DNA of 64,000 nt from an uncultured Spirochaetales bacterium. GTDB lineage: Bacteria; Spirochaetota; Spirochaetia; Sphaerochaetales; Sphaerochaetaceae. The stretch lies in assembly GCA_944390865.1 (NCBI GenBank), contig CALXRC010000003.1:52037-116036 (forward strand), read 5' to 3'. The translations under genes and the position numbers were made by a program. Under the pieces are notes generated by a model that made no database searches, was not told the origin of the DNA, and saw only the letters and a program-made list of their open reading frames with translations. Below are positions 29,029 to 38,006 of this stretch, piece after piece; position 1 is the first letter of the stretch; every line of letters starts with the position of its first letter.

Positions 29029-29646
29029 ATAGGCATTCTCTTCTTTTTCCAGGCCCATGGTGCTGAAGCTTCCGTGTCCCGGAAGGATGCGGCAGTCATC
29101 CGGTATCATGGCCTTGAGTTTTTTCAGTGAAGCGGAAAGCTGGCTGAAGTCTCCGCCAAGATCCGTTCTTCCGACTGAGGAGCGGAAAAGAGTATCTCCG
29201 GAAAAAAGGATCAGGTCATTCTCACTGTACAGGGAAATGCTTCCTGCAGTGTGACCGGGTGTTTCTATGACCTGGAAGTCTGAAAAGGGCCTGTCCCCGC
29301 CGCAAAGCAGGATGTCTGCCTGCGGAATGCTGCTTACAGGGCAGTCAAGGCCGAAAAAGCCCATATCCCGACGTATGATATCAAGATCAAGCATGGTGCT
29401 GTCAGTTCTGCTGACAGCTATTTTTATCTGCGGAAAGCTCTCTTTCAGCCGGCCCAGTCCAAGAATGTGGTCAAAGTGGCCGTGGGTGAGCACAACAAGC
29501 TCAGGCTTTGCTGATTTGCTCTCAAGCTGTCTGATTATGCCGTCAGCAGGCCAGGGCGCATCAATGATGACGCACCCTGAGTCCGTATTCACTATATAGC
29601 AGTTGACAGCGAAGTCACCTTCAGTCCTGACCTGGATCGTTGTCAT
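29020..29646 (-). CDS. MBL-fold metallo-hydrolase (glyoxalase II-like)
   Basis: THGHFDH, TPGHT, FSGDTLF, GRTDL, PGHG. Confidence 0.9.
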   Translation of the reverse strand: MTTIQVRTEGDFAVNCYIVNTDSGCVIIDAPWPADGIIRQLESKSAKPELVVLTHGHFDHILGLGRLKESFPQIKIAVSRTDSTMLDLDIIRRDMGFFGLDCPVSSIPQADILLCGGDRPFSDFQVIETPGHTAGSISLYSENDLILFSGDTLFRSSVGRTDLGGDFSQLSASLKKLKAMIPDDCRILPGHGSFSTMGLEKEENAYLI

Positions 29647-30253
29647 CTGACGCTTTTTTTTCCTTGTTGGAATAGTTGATCTGGATTACTCTGTTTCTGT
29701 ATGTCTGACCCTGAAGCTTTGCAATTGCCTTTTCGCAGTTGGCTTCGCTCATTGTGACGAAAGAGTATTTGTCATGCAGGCGGATCAGATAGATGTCATC
29801 CTTGCTGACAAGCTCATCGGCTGTAAGCAGGCTGACCAGATCCCTTGCATAGACATGCCCGATCTTGCCCAGATTGATGTAAAGGGTCTTGGCTCCTTCC
29901 GGAATCTGCCTTGTCCTGTGCTCTCTGGCTTCCGGCTTCTGTGCAGGAGCCTTCTTCTCGCTTCTCTCTGCGCTGTCTGCTCGTTCGCTCTTTTCCGCTC
30001 TTTCCTGCCTTTCAGGCTTTGAAGGGCGGGTGAAAGAGGATCTGGCATTTTTCTGTTCCTGGGATCTGATGAGTTCTCTGAGAAGATAGGCTGAGAAATA
30101 GCCTCTGAGAGAGAAAGGAACGTTTTTCCTGACAAGCTTCTTGATTTTGTCCAGCTGTTCTGGATTGCTGTCCGCCCTGAGCTGCGCAACAAGGCTCTGG
30201 ATTCTGGATGCAAGCTCATCATCCTGAATTGTAAAGTTGTTCTGCATATTCAA
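29621..30253 (-). CDS. stand-alone DbpA RNA-binding-domain protein
   Basis: C-terminal TLYINLGK...DI..IRLHDKYSFV RBD-like domain after a charged linker; no helicase core. Confidence 0.7.
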   Translation of the reverse strand: MNMQNNFTIQDDELASRIQSLVAQLRADSNPEQLDKIKKLVRKNVPFSLRGYFSAYLLRELIRSQEQKNARSSFTRPSKPERQERAEKSERADSAERSEKKAPAQKPEAREHRTRQIPEGAKTLYINLGKIGHVYARDLVSLLTADELVSKDDIYLIRLHDKYSFVTMSEANCEKAIAKLQGQTYRNRVIQINYSNKEKKASDDNDPGQD

Positions 30254-30375
30254 TGTAACTCCTGATGACCGGTAGACAGGCTGAAGAAGATCCTTGATTC
30301 CGGTCTGCCAAACGCTGAAAAGAATAGCTGACAGATGTTGGCTTTGTCAATTCAGCTTTGCTATAATCTGTCAGT

Positions 30376-31410
30376 GTGGACAGCGTCAAAACAAAGATCG
30401 AGGAGCTTCAGAAAGACATAGATGAAAAGTGGGACAGCCTGCGTTCTGCAGGCTATGAGCTGGCGCAGCTGTCTGCCCGCATGACAGAAGGGCCTGTGAC
30501 ACTGATCAGCCCGACTCTGCGCAGGGCCTTCAATGATGCCCAGAATGACTTTGTCTTTCTCAAAAGCCAGAATCTTGAGCGGGAGGAGCTTGTCCGCCGT
30601 CTCGACGAGGGAAAGCGCAAGGTCAGCTTTCTGCAGAAAGAGCGCGCTCACTGCATGAAGAAGATTGACGAGCTGGCTGTGATGCTGGGTGCTGTCGCCT
30701 TTGCCCAGGCAGGCAGTCCGGACTGTGATGAGGAAGTCAGACAGGCCCTTGAGGATGAAGTCGGGCACTGCGAGCAGCTTGCGATGAAAGCAGGCGGAAA
30801 CTCTCTTCTCTCCAGCCTGGGCAGACTGCGCTACAGTCTGTATCTCAGAAAGCAGGAAACTGTCTTCGCCGCCTGCTTTGCCAAGCTCAGGGACAGAAAC
30901 CTTCTCTCCCGGCTCAGCGGGGAGAGGGCCGTATCGCTGCTTGAATCATATAAGTCTCTTTCTGCTTCTCTTGAGATTATAGAGCACGACCTTGAGGCAA
31001 GGAAAAGCAAGGTCTCGGACAGCCAGAGTGAGCTTGACGGGAACGATGACCTGAAGCAGAGGCTCGAAAACGCACGCATTCAGCTGAACGAGGCCGGTGT
31101 GAACTACGGGCTGTATCTGTTTGACAACGGCCACAAGTGGATAGGCCCTGATACTCCGGAGGCCTTTCTTGATCTTGTCCAGCAGATGCTGCAGCTGCAG
31201 CAGGGCATAAGCGATGATGAGAAGGAGATCGAGAAGGAAAAGGAATACTCGGCCATAGCGGACTTCGAGAGCATGATTGAGTTCAACAACAAGAAGATAA
31301 ATGACCTGAGAGAGGAGATCAGGTCAATCAGCGCCGAGATAGAGAAAATTGAGGAAGACAACAGGAACATAAGGCGGAAGATCGAGAATGTGGAGGCCAG
31401 GCTCAGGTGA
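30376..31410 (+). CDS. hypothetical coiled-coil protein
   Basis: Long ORF with heptad-rich C-terminus; TGCTATAAT directly upstream; translationally coupled to mltG. Confidence 0.7.
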   Translation: MDSVKTKIEELQKDIDEKWDSLRSAGYELAQLSARMTEGPVTLISPTLRRAFNDAQNDFVFLKSQNLEREELVRRLDEGKRKVSFLQKERAHCMKKIDELAVMLGAVAFAQAGSPDCDEEVRQALEDEVGHCEQLAMKAGGNSLLSSLGRLRYSLYLRKQETVFAACFAKLRDRNLLSRLSGERAVSLLESYKSLSASLEIIEHDLEARKSKVSDSQSELDGNDDLKQRLENARIQLNEAGVNYGLYLFDNGHKWIGPDTPEAFLDLVQQMLQLQQGISDDEKEIEKEKEYSAIADFESMIEFNNKKINDLREEIRSISAEIEKIEEDNRNIRRKIENVEARLR

Positions 31411-32714
31411 GTGAGAACAGGTTCAAGGTCCAGGCAAAAAAGCCTGCTTCCGCTTCAGCTGATCCAAAGGCAGAAAGCAGGAAAAAGCTTGAGCAGGCCC
31501 GCGTGAAGAAATCGGCTGTGCTTCCCCGCAAGGAGCTGCCTGATGTCCGCGACATGGGCAGCATGACCAGAGAAGAGCGGATCAATGCCGTTCTGGGAAA
31601 GAAGCCGGCAGCGCGCACAGGTGCGGCCGCAGGAGAGAAAAAGGCCCGCAGCGAACGCTACGGACAGATGAAGAAGGACATTGCCCAGGCAAAGGCCAGG
31701 GAAAAAAAGACAGCGGAAAAGCCGGCTGCTGCACCAGTCAGGAAAGACTGGACAGGCTTTGTGCTGAAGCTCAGCCTCATTGTGCTTGCCCTCGTGCTCG
31801 CGGCCATTGTCATCATACTTGTGCTCAGGAGGAGCGGCAGTGATGAAGAAGCCGGTCCCGTGCTGCCTGAGAGTATTGAGATCACAGTTCCTGCCGGCAG
31901 CACTGCTTCTGAAACTGCTGCCATCCTTTCCCCCTGGTTTGACGGCAGCGCCTTCCTTTCACAGCTTGAGGCAGAAGGACTGAGTTCGTCAGTCAGGGCA
32001 GGTGAATACACGCTTTCGCCTGACATGAGCACTGAGGAGCTTGTCAGGACCATGACAGCCCCGCCTGATCAGGACGGCCTCACAATCTGGCCTGGCTATA
32101 CTGTCAGCGACATCGACAGAATGCTTGCAAACAGGGGTCTGGCCGCCTCTGGCGATTTCACCCGTGCCTGTGAGGAAGTGAGAAAGGAGCTTGGCCTTGA
32201 CTTCATTGAAGGCTGGCTCCTTGCAGGAGAGTATGCTTTTCAGGACTGCGGGAGTCTTGCTCTCAGCATGGTCTCGTCAATGCTGGCCCTTCTCAGGCAG
32301 AATGCTGCACAGGCGGCCGCTTCTGGCCTGTCGCTGAATGATATCGTGATCATCGCAAGCATGATCAACAGGGAAACCCAGGCAGCAGACCAGATGAGCA
32401 CGATAGCTGCAGTCATTCTCAACCGCCTCCACGCCGGCATGCCGCTCGGCATTGACTCTACGACACGCTATGAGCTGAATGACTGGAGCAGCAGTCTTCC
32501 CCAGTCTGTCTTTGAGCGGCCTTCTGACTACAACACAAGGAGAAAGGCCGGACTTCCTCCCACAGGCATCGGCTGTCCTGGAAAGGATGCTGTCCTGGCA
32601 GTGCTTTTTCCGGATGACACGTCAGCTCTGTATTATCTTCACGATGAGGAGGGAAGGTTGTATACTTCTTCCACATACGAGGAACATTTGGCAGTCTATG
32701 AGTCAGTTCACTGA
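31407..32714 (+). CDS. mltG: endolytic transglycosylase MltG
   Basis: TM anchor, IASMINRE (catalytic E), NRL..GMPLGID, YNTR...GLPPTGI..PG, LYYLHD. Confidence 0.88.
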   Translation: MSENRFKVQAKKPASASADPKAESRKKLEQARVKKSAVLPRKELPDVRDMGSMTREERINAVLGKKPAARTGAAAGEKKARSERYGQMKKDIAQAKAREKKTAEKPAAAPVRKDWTGFVLKLSLIVLALVLAAIVIILVLRRSGSDEEAGPVLPESIEITVPAGSTASETAAILSPWFDGSAFLSQLEAEGLSSSVRAGEYTLSPDMSTEELVRTMTAPPDQDGLTIWPGYTVSDIDRMLANRGLAASGDFTRACEEVRKELGLDFIEGWLLAGEYAFQDCGSLALSMVSSMLALLRQNAAQAAASGLSLNDIVIIASMINRETQAADQMSTIAAVILNRLHAGMPLGIDSTTRYELNDWSSSLPQSVFERPSDYNTRRKAGLPPTGIGCPGKDAVLAVLFPDDTSALYYLHDEEGRLYTSSTYEEHLAVYESVH

Positions 32715-33501
32715 GAAATACAACATACATACACATTCCTTTTACTGCGGGCATGGCAGCGGAACAATCAGACAGTACGCCGAAGAGGCAGAGCGGCAGG
32801 GCCTGGAGCTTCTGGGCTTCAGCGAGCACTGTCCTTTCCCAGACAGCTTCCTCCAGCGTTCCAGAATGGCCTTTGATCAGATGCGCGTCTATGAGGAGGA
32901 TGTAAGAAGAGTACAGGCTGAGTCCGGCGTGAAAATAATCCTGGGCTATGAATGCGACTATTTTCCGCGCTACAGGAGTTTCTTTGAGGACCTTAAAGCC
33001 AGCGGGCGCGTCGATTACCTGATTACAGGAACTCACTTCATCATCAGGGCCGACAGCTCGCGCGTGTCCCCGTTTTCGGACAAGCTGGACAGTGATGACA
33101 TCCTGCGCTACAGGGATCAGATGCTGGCGGCTCTGGATACAGGGCTGTTTGACTTCATTGCCCATCCTGATCTCTTCATGGCCGGATACTGGACCTGGGA
33201 TGACAGGGCAGTGCGCATAGCAGAGGAGATAATTGCCGCTTCTATGAAGCATGGGACTCCGCTTGAGGTCAATGCCAACGGCCTTCAGAAGCCGAAAGTC
33301 GCCGGCAGGGATCCTTATCCTTTCGGTCCTTTCTTTGAGCTTGCGGGAGAAAAGGGCGCGCCTGTCATACTCTCGACAGATGCCCACAAGGTTTCAAACC
33401 TGGTCTGCAACAAGGACCGCATTGAGGCCTTCGCTGCAGAGCATGGACTCAGTCTCATCCGCCCTGTCTATAAGACCGGGCGGCTAGAATGGGCACTTTG
33501 A
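32698..33501 (+). CDS. PHP-family histidinol-phosphatase-like protein
   Basis: HTHS..CGH, GFSEH, AHPDLF, LEVN, TDAH motifs. Confidence 0.88.
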   Translation: MSQFTEKYNIHTHSFYCGHGSGTIRQYAEEAERQGLELLGFSEHCPFPDSFLQRSRMAFDQMRVYEEDVRRVQAESGVKIILGYECDYFPRYRSFFEDLKASGRVDYLITGTHFIIRADSSRVSPFSDKLDSDDILRYRDQMLAALDTGLFDFIAHPDLFMAGYWTWDDRAVRIAEEIIAASMKHGTPLEVNANGLQKPKVAGRDPYPFGPFFELAGEKGAPVILSTDAHKVSNLVCNKDRIEAFAAEHGLSLIRPVYKTGRLEWAL

Positions 33502-34713
33502 GTCAAAAGTGACGTATTCTTTTGTCTGAGGGTGAATGAAGCTGAGCTGTGAGGCATGAAGACAGAGCCTCTGGCCCGGCTTTCTTGTTCCGTACAGCCT
33601 GTCTCCGATGATGGGGCAGCCCAGAGCATATGCGGCATGCACCCTGATCTGATGAGTGCGTCCTGTGTGCGGCGTGAACTCCACTCTTGTCGCCGGGCGT
33701 CCGTCAATCATTTCCACCGAGAGCCGCCTGAAGCCGGTCACAGCCTTTTTCCCGTTCACGGGATCAGCAGTCTGTTTCGGCCTGTTGTCCTCATCAAGCC
33801 TGATTGGAAGGTCAATCAGGCCTTCTTCCTCTTTCACAAGCCCGTCAAGCAGGGCAGTGTATTTCTTCCTGACAGTCCTCTGTTCAAACTGCCGCTGCAG
33901 AAAGGCCTGAGATTCAGCGTTTCTGGCCACTATGAGCAGGCCTGAGGTGTCCATGTCAAGGCGGTGGACAGTGGGGTTGGCCGGAGCAGAGGGGAAAATC
34001 TTCCTGATGCGTTCTGTCACGCAGTCTTCCTTTCCCTCTCCCTTTCCGGGCACGCTCAGCATTCCTTCTTTCTTGTTGACGATGACAAGCCAGTCATCTG
34101 CATAAATTATGTCGAGGCCGAAGATATAAGGCAGGATGAGGGCGCACTTCTCGTCGCAGGGAGTGCATGACTCAAGATGCCTGCGGCCTTCAGCCCTGCC
34201 GTAGAACAGCTCGCACAGGCTGACAGGCTCCCAGCCCCTGCGGAAGCAGTAGGAGAGCAGCTTTGCAGCAGCGCAGTCTCCTGTTCCTGTCGGCACTGAG
34301 CTGAGGTTCATGTCCGAGAAAGTCACAGGCCCCTGCGGAGAGAAGAATCTGTAGTTCTCCCTTATTTCCCTCAAGCAGTCATTTGACAGGGCCCTGCGCA
34401 TTGCGCTGAGTTCTTTCTCTCCGCGCTCTATGCGGTCTGTATAGCAGTGGATTGCACTGTCATACTGATTCACAATCGCATTGAAGGCATTCACGGAAAA
34501 GCATGGCGGGACAAATCCGTCCACCAGGTATCTGCCGTCAAAGGCACCTGAGAAGGCGAAGAGAGGGCGGGTGGAGCCGTCAGGAAGGCGGACAATGAGG
34601 CAGCCGAACATCATTCCGTCCATTGAAGGACTGATCAGGCCGGCAGCTTCCTGCTGTCCAAGCTTCATAAGCAGTTCTGTCTTTGCCCTGTCCTCGCTGA
34701 GAATGCGCAGCAT
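33484..34713 (-). CDS. RluA-family pseudouridine synthase with N-terminal extension
   Basis: VNKKEGMLSVPG, VHRLDMDTSG, TGRTHQIRVH, PIIGDRLYG, LCLHA. Confidence 0.92.
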   Translation of the reverse strand: MLRILSEDRAKTELLMKLGQQEAAGLISPSMDGMMFGCLIVRLPDGSTRPLFAFSGAFDGRYLVDGFVPPCFSVNAFNAIVNQYDSAIHCYTDRIERGEKELSAMRRALSNDCLREIRENYRFFSPQGPVTFSDMNLSSVPTGTGDCAAAKLLSYCFRRGWEPVSLCELFYGRAEGRRHLESCTPCDEKCALILPYIFGLDIIYADDWLVIVNKKEGMLSVPGKGEGKEDCVTERIRKIFPSAPANPTVHRLDMDTSGLLIVARNAESQAFLQRQFEQRTVRKKYTALLDGLVKEEEGLIDLPIRLDEDNRPKQTADPVNGKKAVTGFRRLSVEMIDGRPATRVEFTPHTGRTHQIRVHAAYALGCPIIGDRLYGTRKPGQRLCLHASQLSFIHPQTKEYVTFDSKCPF

Positions 34714-35681
34714 CAGCTCAGCACCGCCATGATGTAGTCATTGAGGCTGGCATTTTCGTACATCAGTGCATAGAGTGCCTGGACAATTGGATAGTCCTTC
34801 TCAATTCCCCTCTCGCGGGTCAGCTGGCCGAAAAGCCTGATTGTCCTGTGTCCCTCGACGAGCGTGGCAGTGTTGCCGCTGCTGTAGTCAAAACCCTTTC
34901 CTATGAGCATGCCCAGTGTCCTGTTGCGCGACAGGTCATTGAGACCTGTAAGTCCCAGATCACCGATGGCGCAGTAGCGGAAGATGGTCTCCTCATCGCA
35001 TTCAAACAGGCGCAGAAACTGCCTCATCTCGTTGACTGCCCTTGTGTACACAAGAAAGTCGACATTCGGGCTTGAATAGCGGCCCGAGACAAGGCCGATG
35101 GCAATGGCATACATGTTCTTCAGGATGCTGGTGAGCTCAACGCCCCTGACATCGTCCGTATGATCAAGCAGGAGGCTGGTATTTCTGAAGACCTCGTTCT
35201 TCACATAAAGGTAGTCTTCCTTCTTTCCTCCGAAGGTGAAGGCCGTGGGCAGCCCGTTGAGCACCTCAATGGCAAAGCTGGGACCCTTCATGCTCGCTGT
35301 GCGTGAAAAGGGGATGTTTTCCGTGATGAAGGCTCCTTCCTCGCTCATTCCCTTTGCGAGGTTGATGACGAGCGGCTGTCTGTCAGCAGTGTATTTCTTT
35401 ATTTCATTGGAGAAGCTGACAATGGCCTTGGACGGTATGACGAGGAAGATGGCATCCGCGTCTGCAAACACGCTGTAGTCTTCTGTGGCCTTCAGATTGA
35501 TGTTCAAGAAGCGTGTGGGAAAGTATTTGACATTCCTGTGCTGTCCGTTGATTGTCTGTACGACTTCTGCCTCGACAGAGTGTATGATGACATTGTTGTC
35601 AGTGTTCCAGGCAAGCCGCTCGGCGATTGCTGTGCCGAATACGCCGCCTCCGGCGACGACAATATTGTTTTTCTTTCTCAT
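34713..35681 (-). CDS. gpsA: NAD(P)H-dependent glycerol-3-phosphate dehydrogenase
   Basis: GGGVFGTAIA, GPSFA.EV, LKNMYAIA.G, GDL.LT..SRN. Confidence 0.9.
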   Translation of the reverse strand: MRKKNNIVVAGGGVFGTAIAERLAWNTDNNVIIHSVEAEVVQTINGQHRNVKYFPTRFLNINLKATEDYSVFADADAIFLVIPSKAIVSFSNEIKKYTADRQPLVINLAKGMSEEGAFITENIPFSRTASMKGPSFAIEVLNGLPTAFTFGGKKEDYLYVKNEVFRNTSLLLDHTDDVRGVELTSILKNMYAIAIGLVSGRYSSPNVDFLVYTRAVNEMRQFLRLFECDEETIFRYCAIGDLGLTGLNDLSRNRTLGMLIGKGFDYSSGNTATLVEGHRTIRLFGQLTRERGIEKDYPIVQALYALMYENASLNDYIMAVLS

Positions 35682-35686
35682 AAAAA

Positions 35687-37957
35687 CTATTCCTTCTGGT
35701 CAACGCGCTGCGCTGTATATAGACGGGTTGAATGATCACCCATTACTCTCAGGTCTTCACTGTAAGCCGAATGCGTGTACTGTTCAATAAGGCGCACGCC
35801 TGCCCATTTCAGCGTGTCTCCTCCTGCAATGTACACCTCCTGCTCAAGAGCCGGCGCTGTGTAGTCGTCTTCAAGGAAGAGCTCATCTTCCTCCTCTCTC
35901 CTTGAGACCCTGTAGAGTGCATTCTCATCCGCATCCTCAAAGCGGATGATGTCATCTGCCTCATTTGCCGCCGTGCTGCGCTTTGCAACCAGCATGATGA
36001 GATCGCTCCTGTCCGGGCTGGAGGCTGTCAGCGTGATCCTGTTTCCGTCATCATGCATTCTGTAAAGGCCGTACTGCAGTGTTGCCCTGTGCATCTTGTA
36101 AAAGCTTATCTGGTCGGTCACCGCCTGACGCTGCGCGCTTGTCAGCTTTTTCAGATCAATTGAATAGCAGGGGGTGCCGAAGATGGCTGTGTTGAAGGCC
36201 GTGGAGAAGCTTGACCAGCGGCCTTCAAGATTCCACCGCCTGGAACAGACCATGCTTGTTATGCAGCTGGGCGGGACTATGAGCGAGGCTCCGCTGAGTG
36301 CATCAAGGTTTTCAAACGGGTCGCTCAGCGCGCTGAGGCCGAGCAGGGAAGAGTAGGCCAGCAGGCCGAGATCAAAGCGCGGGCTTGTGTCTGATACATT
36401 CTCTATAAGCAGGTTTGGAAAGCAGGCTGACAGCGTGCGCTGCATGCGGTAGAAAGCGCAGATGTACCTGTAGCGCCAGGTTCCGTTGAGGCTCTCTGTC
36501 TGTGCCGGTGACCAGATATCAGCCATCTGGCAGCCGAGATTCCATTTCAGGTGATCAATGCCTGCCCGTTCTATCAGCTCTTTTATGAGGTCAAGCAGAT
36601 AGTCATAGACCTCCGGCCGCGTCAGGTCAATCAGACAGCCTCCCTGTTCGCTCGGGTTTGCCTTTTTCCTTGGATTCCTGACGATCCAGTCCGGATGCTC
36701 AAGGGCCAGCCTGCTTTCGCTGCTTATGACCTCCGGACTGATGAAGAGTCCGAAGAGCATGCCCTGCCTGTGGCAGGCCCGCGACAGCTGGGCCAGGCCT
36801 CCCGGCAGCTTCATTGTGTTCGCCGACCAGTCTCCGCATGAGTCCGTCTTGTCTCTTCTGACTCCGAACCAGCCGTCATCAAGGACAAAGAGTTCGAAGC
36901 CCATTCTGCCTGCCAGTGCGATTTCCTCCAGCAGCCTGTCCTGCCTGATGTCAAGTCCGAATGACTTCGCGCTGCTGTACATCACAGGGCGCAGACGGTT
37001 CTTCCAGGTGCCTTTGATCACATAGTTTTCTGCAAAGCTGTAAAGATGCGACTGGGCAGTGACCCTGTCCCGGCCCAGTATAAGGAAGGCCTCGGGCGTC
37101 TCAAAGGCCTCTCCCGGAGCAAGCACGGGCCGTACCGTGTCATTGTTGATTCCGCTGATCACATGAGTCCTGCCGTACTCTGTCACTTCAATCACAGCCT
37201 TGTGGTCAGCCGAGTAGAGCAGGCCTGTGATGATGCTTCTGTCACTGCGCTCCAGAAGGAAGGTGTTCGCTTTCTGTCCGGTGAAGCCGCTTCTGGATTC
37301 ATTGACGATCTTGCCGTATGAGAGGCGCTGGCTTCGCGGGCGGTGCTCTCTGCCCCAGGGGCCGCCGATGAGCGTCAGCGTGTAGTCGCAGTCAAACAGA
37401 TCAAGCTGCAGGCTTGCCAGGTTTGTCACGGAAAGAGGACGTTTGCCTGTATTCCTGAGCACTGCACGGCGGGTTATCGCATCAGCGTCCGGAAAGACTG
37501 TGTAATAGAGCGAGAGGATGACATCTGCCCTGCTGTCCTCATAGTCGACACGCACTCCATGGCACTCATCTTCTCCTGCGATGGCCTGAGGCAGGCCGCA
37601 GTCCATTCTCTTTATGCCTTTGAAGGTCTCACTTGACTTGTATCTCAGATCAAGGGAAGTGGCGCAGTTGAGATTTGCCAGAACACTTACGAACGGGGTG
37701 CGGAAATCGCCGCTTCCTTCTGTCGATGCCTCAAGAGGAGTGTCGTTGAGGTTGACTTCCCATTCCTTTTCCGACAGCGAGACTTCACCCTTTCTCGGGA
37801 CATAGCGCTTCTGCATGAGTGCCGCGGCATCCCTGACCGGATTGGCCAGCCTCGGCCCGTAATACAGATGTTCTCCAATGCCCTTCGGGCTGATTGCGAA
37901 AACATAGCTTGATGAACGTGTCTCAAGGTGGAAAACATTGTTTGTGACTGTTATCAT
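35687..37957 (-). CDS. GH36 alpha-galactosidase homologue lacking catalytic residues
   Basis: GSGDFRTP, FETPEA and FVLDDGWFG are retained, but KWD has become KWN and the SD acid/base position reads SA. Confidence 0.85.
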   Translation of the reverse strand: MITVTNNVFHLETRSSSYVFAISPKGIGEHLYYGPRLANPVRDAAALMQKRYVPRKGEVSLSEKEWEVNLNDTPLEASTEGSGDFRTPFVSVLANLNCATSLDLRYKSSETFKGIKRMDCGLPQAIAGEDECHGVRVDYEDSRADVILSLYYTVFPDADAITRRAVLRNTGKRPLSVTNLASLQLDLFDCDYTLTLIGGPWGREHRPRSQRLSYGKIVNESRSGFTGQKANTFLLERSDRSIITGLLYSADHKAVIEVTEYGRTHVISGINNDTVRPVLAPGEAFETPEAFLILGRDRVTAQSHLYSFAENYVIKGTWKNRLRPVMYSSAKSFGLDIRQDRLLEEIALAGRMGFELFVLDDGWFGVRRDKTDSCGDWSANTMKLPGGLAQLSRACHRQGMLFGLFISPEVISSESRLALEHPDWIVRNPRKKANPSEQGGCLIDLTRPEVYDYLLDLIKELIERAGIDHLKWNLGCQMADIWSPAQTESLNGTWRYRYICAFYRMQRTLSACFPNLLIENVSDTSPRFDLGLLAYSSLLGLSALSDPFENLDALSGASLIVPPSCITSMVCSRRWNLEGRWSSFSTAFNTAIFGTPCYSIDLKKLTSAQRQAVTDQISFYKMHRATLQYGLYRMHDDGNRITLTASSPDRSDLIMLVAKRSTAANEADDIIRFEDADENALYRVSRREEEDELFLEDDYTAPALEQEVYIAGGDTLKWAGVRLIEQYTHSAYSEDLRVMGDHSTRLYTAQRVDQKE

Positions 37958-38006
37958 GTCAAGTGTCCTTGAGGATAATATTATCATTGAAGAGGGATGG
38001 TGGCAA

